In this document: piece by piece, positions 19,628-30,652 of the stretch | How the letters are laid out: every line of letters begins with the position of its first letter | How positions within the stretch are numbered: the stretch's first letter is position 1 | Source of the DNA: Chthoniobacteraceae bacterium | GTDB lineage: Bacteria > Verrucomicrobiota > Verrucomicrobiia > Chthoniobacterales > Chthoniobacteraceae | DNA: 64,000 nt | Direction: 5' to 3' | Assembly: GCA_037190965.1 (NCBI GenBank) | Contig: JBBCKI010000015.1 | Location: 1 to 64,000, forward strand | Program-made: the position numbers and the translations under genes | Notes under the pieces: model-generated | What the model was told of the DNA's origin: nothing | Databases searched by the model: none | What the model saw: only the letters and a program-made list of their open reading frames with translations

Positions 19628-20725
19628 CTAATAATCAGGCTCATCCCTAACCCGGCGTTCGGAATACTTGCGGGACTGGCTTTGCTGATCGCGGCGGGTG
19701 CGGCGGTCGACGGTCATCTGGCGTTTCTGGCGGTTTTGCCGGAGGATCGCGATTTCCTTGTCCAATTTCACTAACCCGTCCAGGCGCTTGGCATCCAGCT
19801 CTCCCGCCGAGATGGCGGCTTGAATGGCGCAGCCCGCGTTTGCCGCGCCGTGCCGGCAATCGGCGAACTTGCATTGCTCCGCCAGCTTATCGAGATCTGC
19901 AAATCGCTCCCGCAGGGTCGTCTCGTCAGTCCACATATGGACTTCGCGAATGCCTGGGTTATCGATGATGATCCCGCCCGAGCGCAGCACCATCAACTCA
20001 CGCGCCGTGGTGGTATGGCGTCCCTTGCCGGTGGCGGAGTTGACTTCGTCGGTCCACTGGTATTCGTCGCCAAGGAGATAATTGATCACCGAGGACTTCC
20101 CCACCCCGCTCGAACCGGCAAAGGTGAGAGAAACACCCCGTTTCAGGTAAGCCTTGAGCACCTTCAGGCTGCTTTTCTTGACCACGCTGGTGAGGTGAAC
20201 ATCCGCCTCGGGATTCAACGCCCGAATCGCTTCCACGGCCTCCTGGTTCTGCTTGGCGGAAAACAGATCGGCCTTGTTGACCAGGACCACCGCCTTGGCC
20301 CGGCTGCGGCCAATGATGGCAAAATAGCGCTCCATGCGCCGAAGATTGAAATCGGGACCGGCATCGGTGACGACCACCGCGATATCGATATTCGCGGCAA
20401 TCACCTGCTCCTCGGTGCTGCGGCCCGACATTTTACGGGAAAGACAAGACTGCCGGGCCAGCCGGGCGCGGATCATGTGTTCAGTATCCTCGTCCCCGAC
20501 TTCCAGCGCGACCCAGTCCCCCACGGAGGGCAATTCCGCGTCCGTCTCGGCGTCGTGATAGACTTTGCCGCTCATCACGACCTCAAGCTCCTCCCCGTCC
20601 CCGGTCAGTGCCCCATAGGTAATTTTGTTGTCGCGGATCAACCGTGCGGGCACCCAGCCTGTCTCTGCGTAGGCCTCCCACTGTTTCGCAAACTCCTCAT
20701 TCCAGCCCAGATCCTCCAGCGTCAT
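19628..20725 (-). CDS. rsgA: Ribosome small subunit-dependent GTPase A
   Basis: VGDWV, NKADL, GSSGVGKSS, GRHTTT, DNPG, CKFADCRH...C zinc site. Confidence 0.96.
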   Translation of the reverse strand: MTLEDLGWNEEFAKQWEAYAETGWVPARLIRDNKITYGALTGDGEELEVVMSGKVYHDAETDAELPSVGDWVALEVGDEDTEHMIRARLARQSCLSRKMSGRSTEEQVIAANIDIAVVVTDAGPDFNLRRMERYFAIIGRSRAKAVVLVNKADLFSAKQNQEAVEAIRALNPEADVHLTSVVKKSSLKVLKAYLKRGVSLTFAGSSGVGKSSVINYLLGDEYQWTDEVNSATGKGRHTTTARELMVLRSGGIIIDNPGIREVHMWTDETTLRERFADLDKLAEQCKFADCRHGAANAGCAIQAAISAGELDAKRLDGLVKLDKEIAILRQNRQKRQMTVDRRTRRDQQSQSRKYSERRVRDEPDY

Positions 20726-21333
20726 GCCATAGCCTCCCCTCGCCCCTCGAGAATGCCCGAGATCAGCTTCAGGATTTCCGCGCGTCCGTGGCTCAGCTTT
20801 GCAGAGCTGGCGAGATGGGGGCACGGCTCGTCGCTGATCTCCTGAAGCCGAGCCAAAAATGCGTCGATGTTGGCCTGGGTTGCCGTTCGCGAGCGTCTGT
20901 CGGTTTTGGTGAAAATGAGGCTAAATGGCTTTTCGCAATCCGCCATCCAACTGAGAAAATCGAGATCGATCTGCTGCGGAGGGATGGCCGAATCGATCAA
21001 TACAAAAGTCATCAGCAAATTCGGCCGATTCTGAAGATAATCGGAAATGGAGGAGTAGAAACGGACGCGTTCCTCCTGGCTTACCTTGGCGTGGCCGTAA
21101 CCGGGAAGATCCACCAGGGTCCAGCTCTTGTTGATGGCGAAAAAATTGATCAACCGTGTTTTTCCCGGCGTGGCAGAAACTTTAGCAAGGTCCCCCACCC
21201 TTGTGAGCATGTTGACGAGAGAGGACTTCCCGACGTTCGAGCGCCCGATCAAGGCGAACTCCGGGAGATCCGAGGGCTTGCACGACGCCAGATCAGGCGA
21301 GCTGCCCAGAAAGGTGGCGCTACGGATGATCAT
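20722..21333 (-). CDS. yihA: Ribosome biogenesis GTP-binding protein YihA/YsxC
   Basis: GRSNVGKSS, PGKT, DLPGYG, TKTD. Confidence 0.96.
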   Translation of the reverse strand: MIIRSATFLGSSPDLASCKPSDLPEFALIGRSNVGKSSLVNMLTRVGDLAKVSATPGKTRLINFFAINKSWTLVDLPGYGHAKVSQEERVRFYSSISDYLQNRPNLLMTFVLIDSAIPPQQIDLDFLSWMADCEKPFSLIFTKTDRRSRTATQANIDAFLARLQEISDEPCPHLASSAKLSHGRAEILKLISGILEGRGEAMA

Positions 21334-21650
21334 GCCGCATCAACCCCCTCCGTGTTCGCAGGACCGGCTTTTTGCGGTCTGAATTCCGGGACCGCGAGGA
21401 TCTCCACATAGACCTCCGGATGCTCCGCCAAGGCCACCGCCTCGACGCCCGCGGGAATCTCGGCAAGCTGGCAAGGCAGCGCCACGTCGCGATCCGCCCC
21501 CACCCGGCACTGGAAGCCCCAGTGATTCGCCCCTTCCGGAAAGGCTTTCCGACGCTCCCTCTTCACATACTTGTTGAGAGTCACCTGGATGGCAGAAATC
21601 ACCCTCGAATTCGTCTTACCGGGAGAGTGAAGTGGAAACGCTTTTTTCAT
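21330..21650 (-). CDS. DUF6172-like small protein
   Basis: KYVKRERRKAFPEGANHWGFQCRVG and YVEILA motifs. ATGA-coupled to yihA. Confidence 0.7.
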   Translation of the reverse strand: MKKAFPLHSPGKTNSRVISAIQVTLNKYVKRERRKAFPEGANHWGFQCRVGADRDVALPCQLAEIPAGVEAVALAEHPEVYVEILAVPEFRPQKAGPANTEGVDAA

Positions 21651-21711
21651 TGATAAGGGCAGGATAACACGACCTTCCAGCCCCGGTGCAATGAAAAGGC
21701 TGAAATGAGCT

Positions 21712-21732
21712 CCTTAACGATTTTTTTATCAT
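21712..21732 (+). promoter_or_regulatory. Candidate KdpE binding site upstream of kdpA
   Basis: T-rich CCTTAACGATTTTTTTATCAT about 55 bp before kdpA, resembling known KdpE boxes. Confidence 0.45.
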
Positions 21733-21785
21733 TGCCGCCCTTCGTTTAACTCACGGGATTGTCCAATCCGATTCATGCTTTAAGG

Positions 21786-23486
21786 ATGAACGAGAGAGAT
21801 TTCGTGCAGGTTGCGCTGTTTGTAGGCGTGCTGTCGGCGGCGACCCCCTTGCTGGGCCGCTATATGGCCCGGGTTTTCGCAGGAGAAAGAACAGAGAGAA
21901 CGATCTTTTCCCGATGGCTCGGCAAGGTTGAGAAAGGCATCTACCGGCTCTGCGGCATCGACCCTCATCGAGAGATGACCTGGACGAGTTACCTTTGGGC
22001 GCTGCTGGCATTCAACGCCTTGGGGATCGCAACGGTGGTCGCCATCCTGATGGCGCAGGCGTGGATGCCCCTTAATCCGCAAAACCTGCCTGGTCTCTCA
22101 TTTCCCCTGGCTTTCAATACGGCGGTCAGCTTCGTCACCAACACCAACTGGCAGGCCTATTCGGGGGAATCGACGATGAGCTACGGCTCGCAGATGATCG
22201 CGCTCTGTGTTCACAATTTCCTGAGCGCGGCGACCGGGATGGCGGTGGCGGTGGCGCTGATCCGGGGGTTGACGCGCCGCTCGGCGGAAACGCTCGGCAA
22301 TTTCTGGGCTGATTCCACCCGCGCCACGCTCTACATCCTCCTGCCGCTTTCATTCATCCTGACGCTCCTTTTGATCCAGCAAGGGGTAGTGCAAAGCATC
22401 GCTCCCTACGCGGAAATTGCCACCGTCGAGGGCGCAAAGCAGACGATTCCGCTCGGGCCTGCGGCCTCGCAGATCGCCATCAAACACCTCGGCACCAATG
22501 GCGGCGGCTTCTTCGGGGTGAATAGTGCGCATCCGTTCGAGAACCCGACGCCATTCACCAACTTCCTCCAGATGCTCGCGATCTTTGTAATCCCCGCGGG
22601 GCTGACTTACACCTTCGGCCAGATGACCGGGAACCGGCGGCAGGGGTGGGTAATTTTCGGCGCGATGATGGCCCTCTTTCTCGCGGGTTTCTTCATTGCC
22701 TGGCGCGCCGAGCTGGGACACAACCCCGCCACGGGCCTCACCGCCTCGATGGAAGGAAAGGAGGCGCGCTTCGGAATCATGAACTCCGCTCTCTTTGCGA
22801 CCGTCACGACGGACGCCTCGTGTGGCGCGATCAGCAGCATGCATGACAGTCTTTCGCCGCTCGCCGGTCTTGTCACCCTGGCCAATATGATGCTCGGCGA
22901 GGTCATCTTCGGCGGCGTCGGCGCAGGGCTTTACGGGATGCTCCTTTTCGCGATCCTGACCGTTTTTATCGCCGGTTTGATGGTGGGGCGAACGCCGGAA
23001 TACCTGGGCAAAAAAATCGAAGCCCACGAGATTACGTGGGCGGTCGTCGCCGTGCTCGCCCCTGCCGTCACCATCCTCCTCGGCACCGCCATCGGGTGTG
23101 TTGCCAAGGCGGGCGTTGCCTCCATCGCCAACCCCGGCCCGCACGGCTTCAGTGAAATTCTCTATGCATTCACCTCTTCCGTGGCGAACAATGGCAGCGC
23201 CTTCGCGGGCCTCAACGCCAATACCCCCTTCTACAACTACGGGACAGCGATCGCCATGCTGATCGGGCGGTTTGCGATCATCCTTCCCGTGCTCGCGATC
23301 GCGGGGAGCCTCGCCCGCAAGAAAATCGCGCCCGCTTCGCTTGGGACGTTCCCGACCACCGGCGTCACCTTCGCCGCCTTACTCGTTGGAGTCATCCTGA
23401 TTGTCGGTGGCCTCACCTTTTTTCCCGCCCTTTCCCTTGGCCCGATCGTCGAACATCTCCTCGCCAAGGCCGGGAGCGTTTTTTGA
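21786..23486 (+). CDS. kdpA: K+-transporting ATPase subunit A
   Basis: [43 protein letters not shown]. Confidence 0.98.
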   Translation: MNERDFVQVALFVGVLSAATPLLGRYMARVFAGERTERTIFSRWLGKVEKGIYRLCGIDPHREMTWTSYLWALLAFNALGIATVVAILMAQAWMPLNPQNLPGLSFPLAFNTAVSFVTNTNWQAYSGESTMSYGSQMIALCVHNFLSAATGMAVAVALIRGLTRRSAETLGNFWADSTRATLYILLPLSFILTLLLIQQGVVQSIAPYAEIATVEGAKQTIPLGPAASQIAIKHLGTNGGGFFGVNSAHPFENPTPFTNFLQMLAIFVIPAGLTYTFGQMTGNRRQGWVIFGAMMALFLAGFFIAWRAELGHNPATGLTASMEGKEARFGIMNSALFATVTTDASCGAISSMHDSLSPLAGLVTLANMMLGEVIFGGVGAGLYGMLLFAILTVFIAGLMVGRTPEYLGKKIEAHEITWAVVAVLAPAVTILLGTAIGCVAKAGVASIANPGPHGFSEILYAFTSSVANNGSAFAGLNANTPFYNYGTAIAMLIGRFAIILPVLAIAGSLARKKIAPASLGTFPTTGVTFAALLVGVILIVGGLTFFPALSLGPIVEHLLAKAGSVF

Positions 23487-23494
23487 CCCCGACC

Positions 23495-25567
23495 ATGAAA
23501 CCAAAGACTTCAATCCTCGATCCCGCCTTGCTTCGCGGCGCGGCGTTCGACTCCCTCCGCAAGCTCAACCCTCGTCACCAGTGGCAAAACCCGGTGATGT
23601 TTGTCGTCTATATAGGCGCCATCCTCTCGACCCTCTTCACCGTCGTCCACTTCAACGCGTTTCACCTGCAAATCACGCTCTGGCTCTGGTTTACGCTTCT
23701 CTTTGCAAACTTCGCGGAAGCGATGGCGGAAGGACGGGGCAAAGCGCAGGCCGCGACGTTGCGCGGCATGCGAACCAAGACGGAGGCGCGCAAGCTGGCG
23801 AACGGCCGCGAGCAACTGGTTCCTGCCGGGGACCTTCGCGGCGGCGACCTTGCGATCTGCCAAGCGGGCGACACCATCCCCGCCGACGGCGACGTGATCG
23901 AAGGGATCGCCAGCGTCGATGAATCAGCCATCACCGGCGAGTCCGCCCCAGTCATTCGCGAAAGCGGCGGTGACCGGTGCGCCGTGACGGGCGGCACCCG
24001 CGTCATTAGCGACCGCATCGTCATCCGCGTCACCAGCGAACCGGGAAGCTCTTTCCTCGACAAGATGATCGCGATGGTGGAAGGAGCGCGCCGTCAGAAG
24101 ACCCCCAACGAGATCGCGCTCGGCATTCTGCTGGTCAGCCTCACGGTGCTCTTTCTCTTCGCGGTGTTCACACTACCAGCCTTCGCTAGCTATGCCGTCA
24201 AGGCCCAGACCGGGTCGGTCAACCTCTCCCTGCCGGTGCTGATTGCGCTTCTGGTCTGCCTGATCCCAACCACCATTGGCGGGCTCCTGAGCGCCATCGG
24301 CATCAGCGGGATCGACCGTCTGATTCGCAGCAACGTCCTTGCCACCAGCGGGCGCGCCGTGGAAGCGGCGGGCGACGTCGACGTGCTGCTCCTCGACAAA
24401 ACCGGAACCATCACGCTCGGCAACCGGATGGCGGCGGCCTTCCATCCCGTCGGGGGCGTCACCGAGGAACGCCTCGCCGACGCCGCGCAACTCGCCTCGC
24501 TAGCTGATGAAACGCCCGAGGGGAGGAGCATTGTCATTCTCGCCAAGGAACGGTTCGGCCTGCGGGGACGCGAAGTCGCGGAGCCGCACGCGAGCTTTGT
24601 GCCTTTCACCGCGCAGACCCGAATGAGCGGTGTCGATTTTCCCGACCTCGGCCCCGAGCATCCCGCCCGCTCCATCCGCAAGGGAGCGACCGATTCGATC
24701 CGCAGCTACGTGGAATGCGCCGGCGGCAAATGCCCGGAGGGTGCGGAACAAATCATCGAGGAGATCTCCCGGCGCGGTGGCACACCGCTGGCCGTCGCGG
24801 AGGGAAGCGAAATCCTCGGCGTCATCGAGTTGAAAGATGTCGTCAAAGGCGGCATCCGGGAGAGGTTCCTTCATCTCCGAAAGATGGGCATCCGCACCGT
24901 CATGATCACGGGCGACAATCCCCTCACCGCCGCCGCGATTGCCGCCGAAGCCGGGGTGGACGATTTCATGGCACAGGCGACGCCGGAGGATAAGCTCCGC
25001 CGTATTCGCGAAGAGCAGGCCGCCGGACGCCTTGTCGCCATGACGGGTGACGGCACCAACGATGCCCCCGCCCTCGCCCAGGCCGACGTGGGCGTGGCGA
25101 TGAACACCGGGACGCAGGCGGCGCGCGAGGCAGGGAACATGGTCGATCTCGATAGTAACCCGACCAAGTTAATCGAGATCGTCGAGATCGGAAAACAACT
25201 TCTCATGACGCGCGGCGCGCTCACGACGTTCTCCATCGCCAACGACGTGGCAAAGTACTTTGCGATCCTCCCGGCCATGTTCAGCGGGCTCTATCTCACC
25301 GAGGGTGCCACCACGGGACCGCTTGCGGCATTGAACATCATGCGCCTCCATTCTCCGCAGAGTGCTATCCTGAGCGCGGTGATCTTCAATGCGCTCATCA
25401 TCGTCGCGCTCATCCCGCTTGCCCTTCGCGGTATCGCCTATCGCCCCACCGGTGCGTCGGGGGTTCTACGGCGCAACGTCCTTCTCTACGGCGTCGGCGG
25501 TGTCGTCGCGCCGTTCATTGGCATCAAACTCCTCGATCTGCTGCTGGTTGCTCTGCACCTGGTGTAA
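23495..25567 (+). CDS. kdpB: K+-transporting P-type ATPase subunit B
   Basis: [15 protein letters not shown] phosphorylation motif, [10 protein letters not shown]. Confidence 0.98.
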   Translation: MKPKTSILDPALLRGAAFDSLRKLNPRHQWQNPVMFVVYIGAILSTLFTVVHFNAFHLQITLWLWFTLLFANFAEAMAEGRGKAQAATLRGMRTKTEARKLANGREQLVPAGDLRGGDLAICQAGDTIPADGDVIEGIASVDESAITGESAPVIRESGGDRCAVTGGTRVISDRIVIRVTSEPGSSFLDKMIAMVEGARRQKTPNEIALGILLVSLTVLFLFAVFTLPAFASYAVKAQTGSVNLSLPVLIALLVCLIPTTIGGLLSAIGISGIDRLIRSNVLATSGRAVEAAGDVDVLLLDKTGTITLGNRMAAAFHPVGGVTEERLADAAQLASLADETPEGRSIVILAKERFGLRGREVAEPHASFVPFTAQTRMSGVDFPDLGPEHPARSIRKGATDSIRSYVECAGGKCPEGAEQIIEEISRRGGTPLAVAEGSEILGVIELKDVVKGGIRERFLHLRKMGIRTVMITGDNPLTAAAIAAEAGVDDFMAQATPEDKLRRIREEQAAGRLVAMTGDGTNDAPALAQADVGVAMNTGTQAAREAGNMVDLDSNPTKLIEIVEIGKQLLMTRGALTTFSIANDVAKYFAILPAMFSGLYLTEGATTGPLAALNIMRLHSPQSAILSAVIFNALIIVALIPLALRGIAYRPTGASGVLRRNVLLYGVGGVVAPFIGIKLLDLLLVALHLV

Positions 25568-25571
25568 TTTT

Positions 25572-26129
25572 ATGAAAACACTCCTCCAGGCATTCCGCCT
25601 CCTTTTCTTCCTGAGTCTGCTGACCGGCGTTGTCTATCCGCTAGTCATGCTATTGCTTGGGCAGACGCTCTTTCCCCGGCAAGCCAATGGGAGCCTCATC
25701 CCAAGCGATGGCAAACCGGAGGGCTCGGAACTTCTCGCGCAAAGGTTTGAGAGCCCGCGCTATTTCTGGCCCCGTCCATCGGCCGCCAACTACGCAACCG
25801 TACCGAGCGGTGCCAGCAACCTTGGGCCGACCAGCAAAACGCTTCGGGAAGCCGTGGCTCAACGCCGTGCCCGATATACCGGACTCACGCCTTCCATTCC
25901 AGACCCGGCGAACGATCTGCTTACCACCTCGGGGAGCGGGCTCGACCCCCACATCTCCCCGCTTGCCGCCTCCCAGCAGATTGATCGCGTGGCGGCTGCC
26001 CGGGCGATTCCCGCCGACCGCGTGCGGGAACTGGTGGCGAAGCATACCGAAGGGCCTCAGTTCGGGATGTTCGGGGAATTCCGGATCAATGTTTTAGTTC
26101 TGAATCTGGCGCTTGATCGTTTACATTAG
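25572..26129 (+). CDS. kdpC: K+-transporting ATPase subunit C
   Basis: YFWPRPS, SGASNLGP, SGSGLDPHIS, INVLVLNLALD. Confidence 0.97.
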   Translation: MKTLLQAFRLLFFLSLLTGVVYPLVMLLLGQTLFPRQANGSLIPSDGKPEGSELLAQRFESPRYFWPRPSAANYATVPSGASNLGPTSKTLREAVAQRRARYTGLTPSIPDPANDLLTTSGSGLDPHISPLAASQQIDRVAAARAIPADRVRELVAKHTEGPQFGMFGEFRINVLVLNLALDRLH

Positions 26130-26205
26130 GTGGTATGCGCCGCGTTTTTGGCCAAAAAGCGCCTTTTAGCCGCTCCTCGGCAAATTCGTGGACACAACCT
26201 CAGTC

Positions 26206-28878
26206 ATGACTGAAGAACAGCGCCCAGATCCCGATGCGCTCCTGGCCTCCATCCGCGAGGAGGAGACCGGGCCTCGCCGTGGCAGGCTGAAGATTTTTTT
26301 CGGCATGTGCCCCGGCGTGGGGAAAACCTACGCAATGCTGGAGGCGGCGCGCCAGCAGCAGGCCAAGGGGGTGGAGGTGGTGGCGGGAATCGTGGAAACC
26401 CACGGCCGCCCGGAAACCGCCCGGCTGCTCGAAGGAATTCCCATCGTGCCGCGCGCGCAGATCTCTTACCGGGGGATCACCCTGGAAGAGATGGATCTCG
26501 ACGCGCTGCTCGTCTGGCATCCCGATCTGGTGCTCGTCGATGAGCTCGCCCATACCAACGTCCCCGGCAGCCGCCATCTCAAACGATTCCAGGATGTTCT
26601 GGAACTGCTCGACGCCGGGATCGACGTCTACACGACGCTCAATGTCCAGCATATCGAAAGCCGCAAGGACACCGTGCGGCAGATCACCGGCGTCGAAGTG
26701 CGCGAGACGGTGCCTGACTCGATGCTCGACCTGGCAGATGAAATCACCCTCATCGATCTCTCCCCGGATCAACTCCGTACGCGCCTCTCCGAAGGGAAGG
26801 TCTATTTCCAGGATCGGGCCGCCACTGCCGCCGACAACTTCTTCCGCGCGAGCAACCTCGTGGCGCTGCGCGAGATGTCGCTGCGACTCACCGCCGAGCA
26901 TGTCGACCGCGACCTGCGCCAGATCAAGGGAGCCACGGGCGAGCCGTGGAAAGCCGGGGACCGGTTGATGGTGGCGATCAGCGGCAGCCCCACTTCGGAG
27001 AAACTGATCCGCTGGACTCGCCGCGCCGCAGCCTCGATGGAAGCGAGCTGGATCGCCGTACACGTGGAAACCCCGGAGTTGTCGTCCTCGCCTCTCAACG
27101 AAGTGCGCCTCGGGCTGAATCTCGCCCTGGCGCGGCAGCTTGGCGCGGAAGTCGTGATGGTGGACGGAAGCAACATTGCCGCCACGCTGTTGCGTGTCGC
27201 CAGGCAGCATAATGTCTCTCAGATCATCGTCGGCAAACCGGGGCCGCGTACATTCGGCACGCTTTTCAGAAGATCGCCGGTGGACTGGTTGGTTCGCCAT
27301 AGCGGGGAGATCGACATCCAGCTCGTCAAAGGAGAAGAGGAGCCCTCGGGACGTCCTCCCGCCACCTCGCTGGCATCGCCGATCCCCAGCAAGCCGCTTT
27401 GGCATGACTATGCAATCAGCCTTGCCGTGGTTGCCGGGGTCACGCTTCTTGGGACGCTTATGGAACCGGTCACCGGTTACTGGGCGATCGCGTTGATTTA
27501 CCTGCTCGCCGTGATCGCCTGTTCGCTGCGGTTGCGGCGGTGGCCCACGCTTCTTCTTGCCGCGCTGAGCGCCATCCTTTGGGACCTCCTGTTCATCCCG
27601 CCCCGACTGACGCTCAACATTAGCGAAGTGCACGACTTCATGATGTTCGGCATGTACTTCGCGGTGGCCCTCATTGTCGGTCATCTGACTTCCCGCCTCC
27701 GGGAACGTGAAGAGGCCGAACGCCGGGGCGAAGCGCGCGCCACCGCGCTCTACCGGCTCTCGCGCGCGTTGGCCGCCAGCCGTGAGGCTGCCGAGACCGC
27801 CGCCATCGCCGTTCGGCAGATTCGCGAAACCTTCGGCGCGGAAAGCGCCCTGCTGGTGCGCGACGAAACCGGTTATTTTTCCGGCGCGGCGCACCCGGCA
27901 AGCTCGTTTCTTCCCACTGCCAAGGAGGAAAGCGTGGCAGCCTGGGTCTTTCAGCATCGACAGGCTGCCGGACAGTTTACCAATACGCTGCCCGACTCCG
28001 AAGCGTTCCACCTGCCGCTCATCACGGGGGGCGGCACGGAAGGCGTGCTGGCCATCAAATTCCCCTCCAAAACGCCGCTCTCCATGCGCCGCAGAGAGTT
28101 GCTGGAAGCGTTTGCGGCGCAGATTGCCGTCACCCTCGAAAAGGACCGGCTTGCTTCAGCCAGCCGAAAAGCCCAGGTGGCGGCGCAATCCGAAAAGCTC
28201 CAGCGCACGCTTTTTGACACCGTCTCTCACGAGTTGAAAACCCCGCTCGCCGCGATTGTTGCCGGGTTGGAACAAGCCGATGAGACGGGTAAACCCGTGC
28301 CGGTTGAAACCAGGCAAGCCGTGACGCGCCTGACGCAAGTCGTCAATCATTTGCTCGACATGACGCGCCTCGAGTCCGGCTTGCTAAAGCCGCACATGGA
28401 ATGGGTCGACCCGGGCGAACTTGTCAATGAAGCCTTGGAGGGGATGAGGGCGCAGACGCAGTCACACCGACTGACCGTCAAGATCGACTCGGAACTCCCC
28501 CCCATCCGGGTGGACCCTGGCCTCATTGAACAAGCGCTGGCGATTCTCGTCTCCAACGCCACCATTTATTCCGCGGCAGAGAGCGAGATAGAGATTTCTG
28601 TCACGCTTCGCGAAGCCTCGCTGCAACTGGCCGTGGCGGATCGTGGGCCAGGGCTGAAACCGGGCGACGAAGAGAAGGTTTTCCAACGATTTTACCGGAG
28701 CGACGGGAGCCGCGCCGGGGGAATCGGGCTTGGACTCTCCATCGCGCAGCGTCTTGTGGAGGCGCACAATGGGCGCATCAGCGCGGCCAACCGCCCCGGC
28801 GGTGGCGCACTATTCCTTATCGAACTCCCTGCGACGGAACCGCTGCGCCTGCCCGAAGAACCGTCAAACCTATCATGA
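26206..28878 (+). CDS. kdpD: Sensor histidine kinase KdpD
   Basis: GMCPGVGKTYAML, DELAHTN, USP domain, 4 TM helices, GAF, SHELKTPL. Confidence 0.97.
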   Translation: MTEEQRPDPDALLASIREEETGPRRGRLKIFFGMCPGVGKTYAMLEAARQQQAKGVEVVAGIVETHGRPETARLLEGIPIVPRAQISYRGITLEEMDLDALLVWHPDLVLVDELAHTNVPGSRHLKRFQDVLELLDAGIDVYTTLNVQHIESRKDTVRQITGVEVRETVPDSMLDLADEITLIDLSPDQLRTRLSEGKVYFQDRAATAADNFFRASNLVALREMSLRLTAEHVDRDLRQIKGATGEPWKAGDRLMVAISGSPTSEKLIRWTRRAAASMEASWIAVHVETPELSSSPLNEVRLGLNLALARQLGAEVVMVDGSNIAATLLRVARQHNVSQIIVGKPGPRTFGTLFRRSPVDWLVRHSGEIDIQLVKGEEEPSGRPPATSLASPIPSKPLWHDYAISLAVVAGVTLLGTLMEPVTGYWAIALIYLLAVIACSLRLRRWPTLLLAALSAILWDLLFIPPRLTLNISEVHDFMMFGMYFAVALIVGHLTSRLREREEAERRGEARATALYRLSRALAASREAAETAAIAVRQIRETFGAESALLVRDETGYFSGAAHPASSFLPTAKEESVAAWVFQHRQAAGQFTNTLPDSEAFHLPLITGGGTEGVLAIKFPSKTPLSMRRRELLEAFAAQIAVTLEKDRLASASRKAQVAAQSEKLQRTLFDTVSHELKTPLAAIVAGLEQADETGKPVPVETRQAVTRLTQVVNHLLDMTRLESGLLKPHMEWVDPGELVNEALEGMRAQTQSHRLTVKIDSELPPIRVDPGLIEQALAILVSNATIYSAAESEIEISVTLREASLQLAVADRGPGLKPGDEEKVFQRFYRSDGSRAGGIGLGLSIAQRLVEAHNGRISAANRPGGGALFLIELPATEPLRLPEEPSNLS

Positions 28879-29552
28879 AACCAACCGCCTTGATCGTGGA
28901 TGACGAAGTGGCGATCCGCCGCCTATTGCGAATTGCGCTCGAAGCCAACGACTACGCCGTGCATGAAGCGTGCTTTGGCCAGCAAGGGCTTGCCGAAGCG
29001 GCCTGCCGCCGTCCCGATGTGATCCTGCTCGATCTTGGTCTTCCCGATCTCGACGGGGCGGAAGTGCTCAGGCGATTGCGCGAATGGAGCGAAATTCCCG
29101 TTTTGATCCTCTCCGTGCGCGACGCCGAAGAGCAGAAGATCGCCGCGCTCGACGCGGGAGCGGACGACTATGTCACCAAGCCTTTCAGCACGGCGGAACT
29201 GCTCGCTCGCCTGCGTGTGGCACAGCGACGCGCGAAACCGGCCGAAAGCGGAGCGATCTTTGCAAGCAACGGCTTGCAGATCGACTTCGTCAGAAGGATC
29301 GTCACCGTGGAAGGTCACGAAGTCAGACTCACCGCCACTGAGTACGCTCTACTGCGCCTCTTCGCCCGGCACGCCGGGCGCGTTCTGACCCATCGGCAAA
29401 TCTTGCGCGAAGTCTGGGGGCCAAACGCCGAGGAGCACCGTCAGTACCTTCGCGTTTACGTGACCCACCTCCGCCGCAAGATCGAACGCAACCCGACAAA
29501 GCCCGTTCATATCAAAACCGAATCGGGCATCGGGTATCGATTGATGATGTGA
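28875..29552 (+). CDS. kdpE: Response regulator KdpE
   Basis: LDLGLPDLDG receiver, OmpR-type wHTH YLRVYVTHLRRKIE; follows kdpD. Confidence 0.96.
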   Translation: MKPTALIVDDEVAIRRLLRIALEANDYAVHEACFGQQGLAEAACRRPDVILLDLGLPDLDGAEVLRRLREWSEIPVLILSVRDAEEQKIAALDAGADDYVTKPFSTAELLARLRVAQRRAKPAESGAIFASNGLQIDFVRRIVTVEGHEVRLTATEYALLRLFARHAGRVLTHRQILREVWGPNAEEHRQYLRVYVTHLRRKIERNPTKPVHIKTESGIGYRLMM

Positions 29553-29607
29553 TATCGACGGATTTCGGGTTAATTCATTGGGAAACGCCCCGCAGTCACG
29601 AGTTTCC

Positions 29608-29758
29608 CTCGTTCCCAAACTCTGTTTGGGAACGCCCGTGTCTTCGAAACTCCAGTTTCGCAACCCTTGTCCATTCCGCCACCCTGCACGAGATGACAAA
29701 GCTTTCGAATCAGAGATTCGGGGACAATGGCATTGCCAATCTGGAGATTGGTAACGAG
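29608..29758. repeat. REP/REPIN-like inverted palindromic element
   Basis: CTCGTTCCCAAAC-TCT-GTTTGGGAACG at the left end and a degenerate inverted copy GCATTGCCAATC-TGGA-GATTGGTAACGAG at the right end. Inner hairpins CGAAACTCCAGTTTCG and CGAATCAGAGATTCG. Confidence 0.75.
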
Positions 29759-29804
29759 GAAACACTAGCCAAATACTCACGATGGCCGATCAGATCGACG
29801 ACCT

Positions 29805-30635
29805 CTAACTATCATCGAAAGCATCAGTGGACTCTTCCATCTCAAACTCTTCCGGTTTCTCCTTCGGCTTGCTTCCCGGTCGGACTGAGCGGTCGAACCA
29901 ATTCTTCCCGTCGGACAAAAGAGCGGCCCTGAGTTCTTCGGGAATTCGTTCCACGAAGCCGTCATACCGTTTCTTGGCCTCCTTGCGGACCTTGACGGGC
30001 AGATAGATCACCCGGCCATCATCCTCCGGCAGGCGGTCGGCGCTGATCGCGCATTCGCGTGCCAGGACAAAGAAGAAGACGTCCTCCGCCAGTGCGGCTT
30101 CGCCGATGGTCTCCTTTGGGTTTCGGCGCGCAATCCGCCCCACGGTGGAGTTCTCCAAGAGCCAATGGGCCAGCTTGACGGCCTTTTGGTTCATCCGGCG
30201 GTCGGTGATTTTGGCGAGCAGTGAAGGATAGCCTTCCTTCGCGCAAATCAACAGCAGATCCCGGGCGGTAGGGCCGTAGCCACCGCTCCCGGCAATGAAG
30301 TCGCTCTCCGGAAGGGCTGCGCACTCTTTGACAAGATCGATCGCCAGCTTGCTGATCGCCTTGATTCCAGCCGTGCGCAATTGCGCCAGCCACGCCTCGG
30401 GGTCCACGGCTCCGGCCGTGGAATGATGCAAACCAAGGCTCAAAATGCCGATGGTGGTGTTGAGCCCCTTGCGGACGGTTTCCGTGGTGAGCGAACCGTA
30501 AAACTTTCGCGAGACCTCGACGACCATCCTGGTCATCTCCTCCTCCCATTGCGGCAGGCGGGGGTCGCCCTCCCGCTTGGCGAGAGAAAGGGCGACGCTC
30601 AAGGCGGGCCGTTTGTCGATGACTTGAATTTCCAC
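29805..30635 (-). CDS. Hypothetical protein, AtcC-like
   Basis: Last gene of the J-domain operon. N-terminal VIDKRP..AL..AKREG and GILSLGL resemble my recollection of AtcC homologs. Confidence 0.6.
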   Translation of the reverse strand: MEIQVIDKRPALSVALSLAKREGDPRLPQWEEEMTRMVVEVSRKFYGSLTTETVRKGLNTTIGILSLGLHHSTAGAVDPEAWLAQLRTAGIKAISKLAIDLVKECAALPESDFIAGSGGYGPTARDLLLICAKEGYPSLLAKITDRRMNQKAVKLAHWLLENSTVGRIARRNPKETIGEAALAEDVFFFVLARECAISADRLPEDDGRVIYLPVKVRKEAKKRYDGFVERIPEELRAALLSDGKNWFDRSVRPGSKPKEKPEEFEMEESTDAFDDS

Positions 30636-30652
30636 TGTGCTGTTTTCTTAAA

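Noticed and set aside
21705..21749. Short ORF MSSLTIFLSLPPFV as kdpF
   Set aside because: It is only 14 aa, lacks the YLxYAL..PE.F pattern and overlaps the putative KdpE site. No kdpF was recognised.
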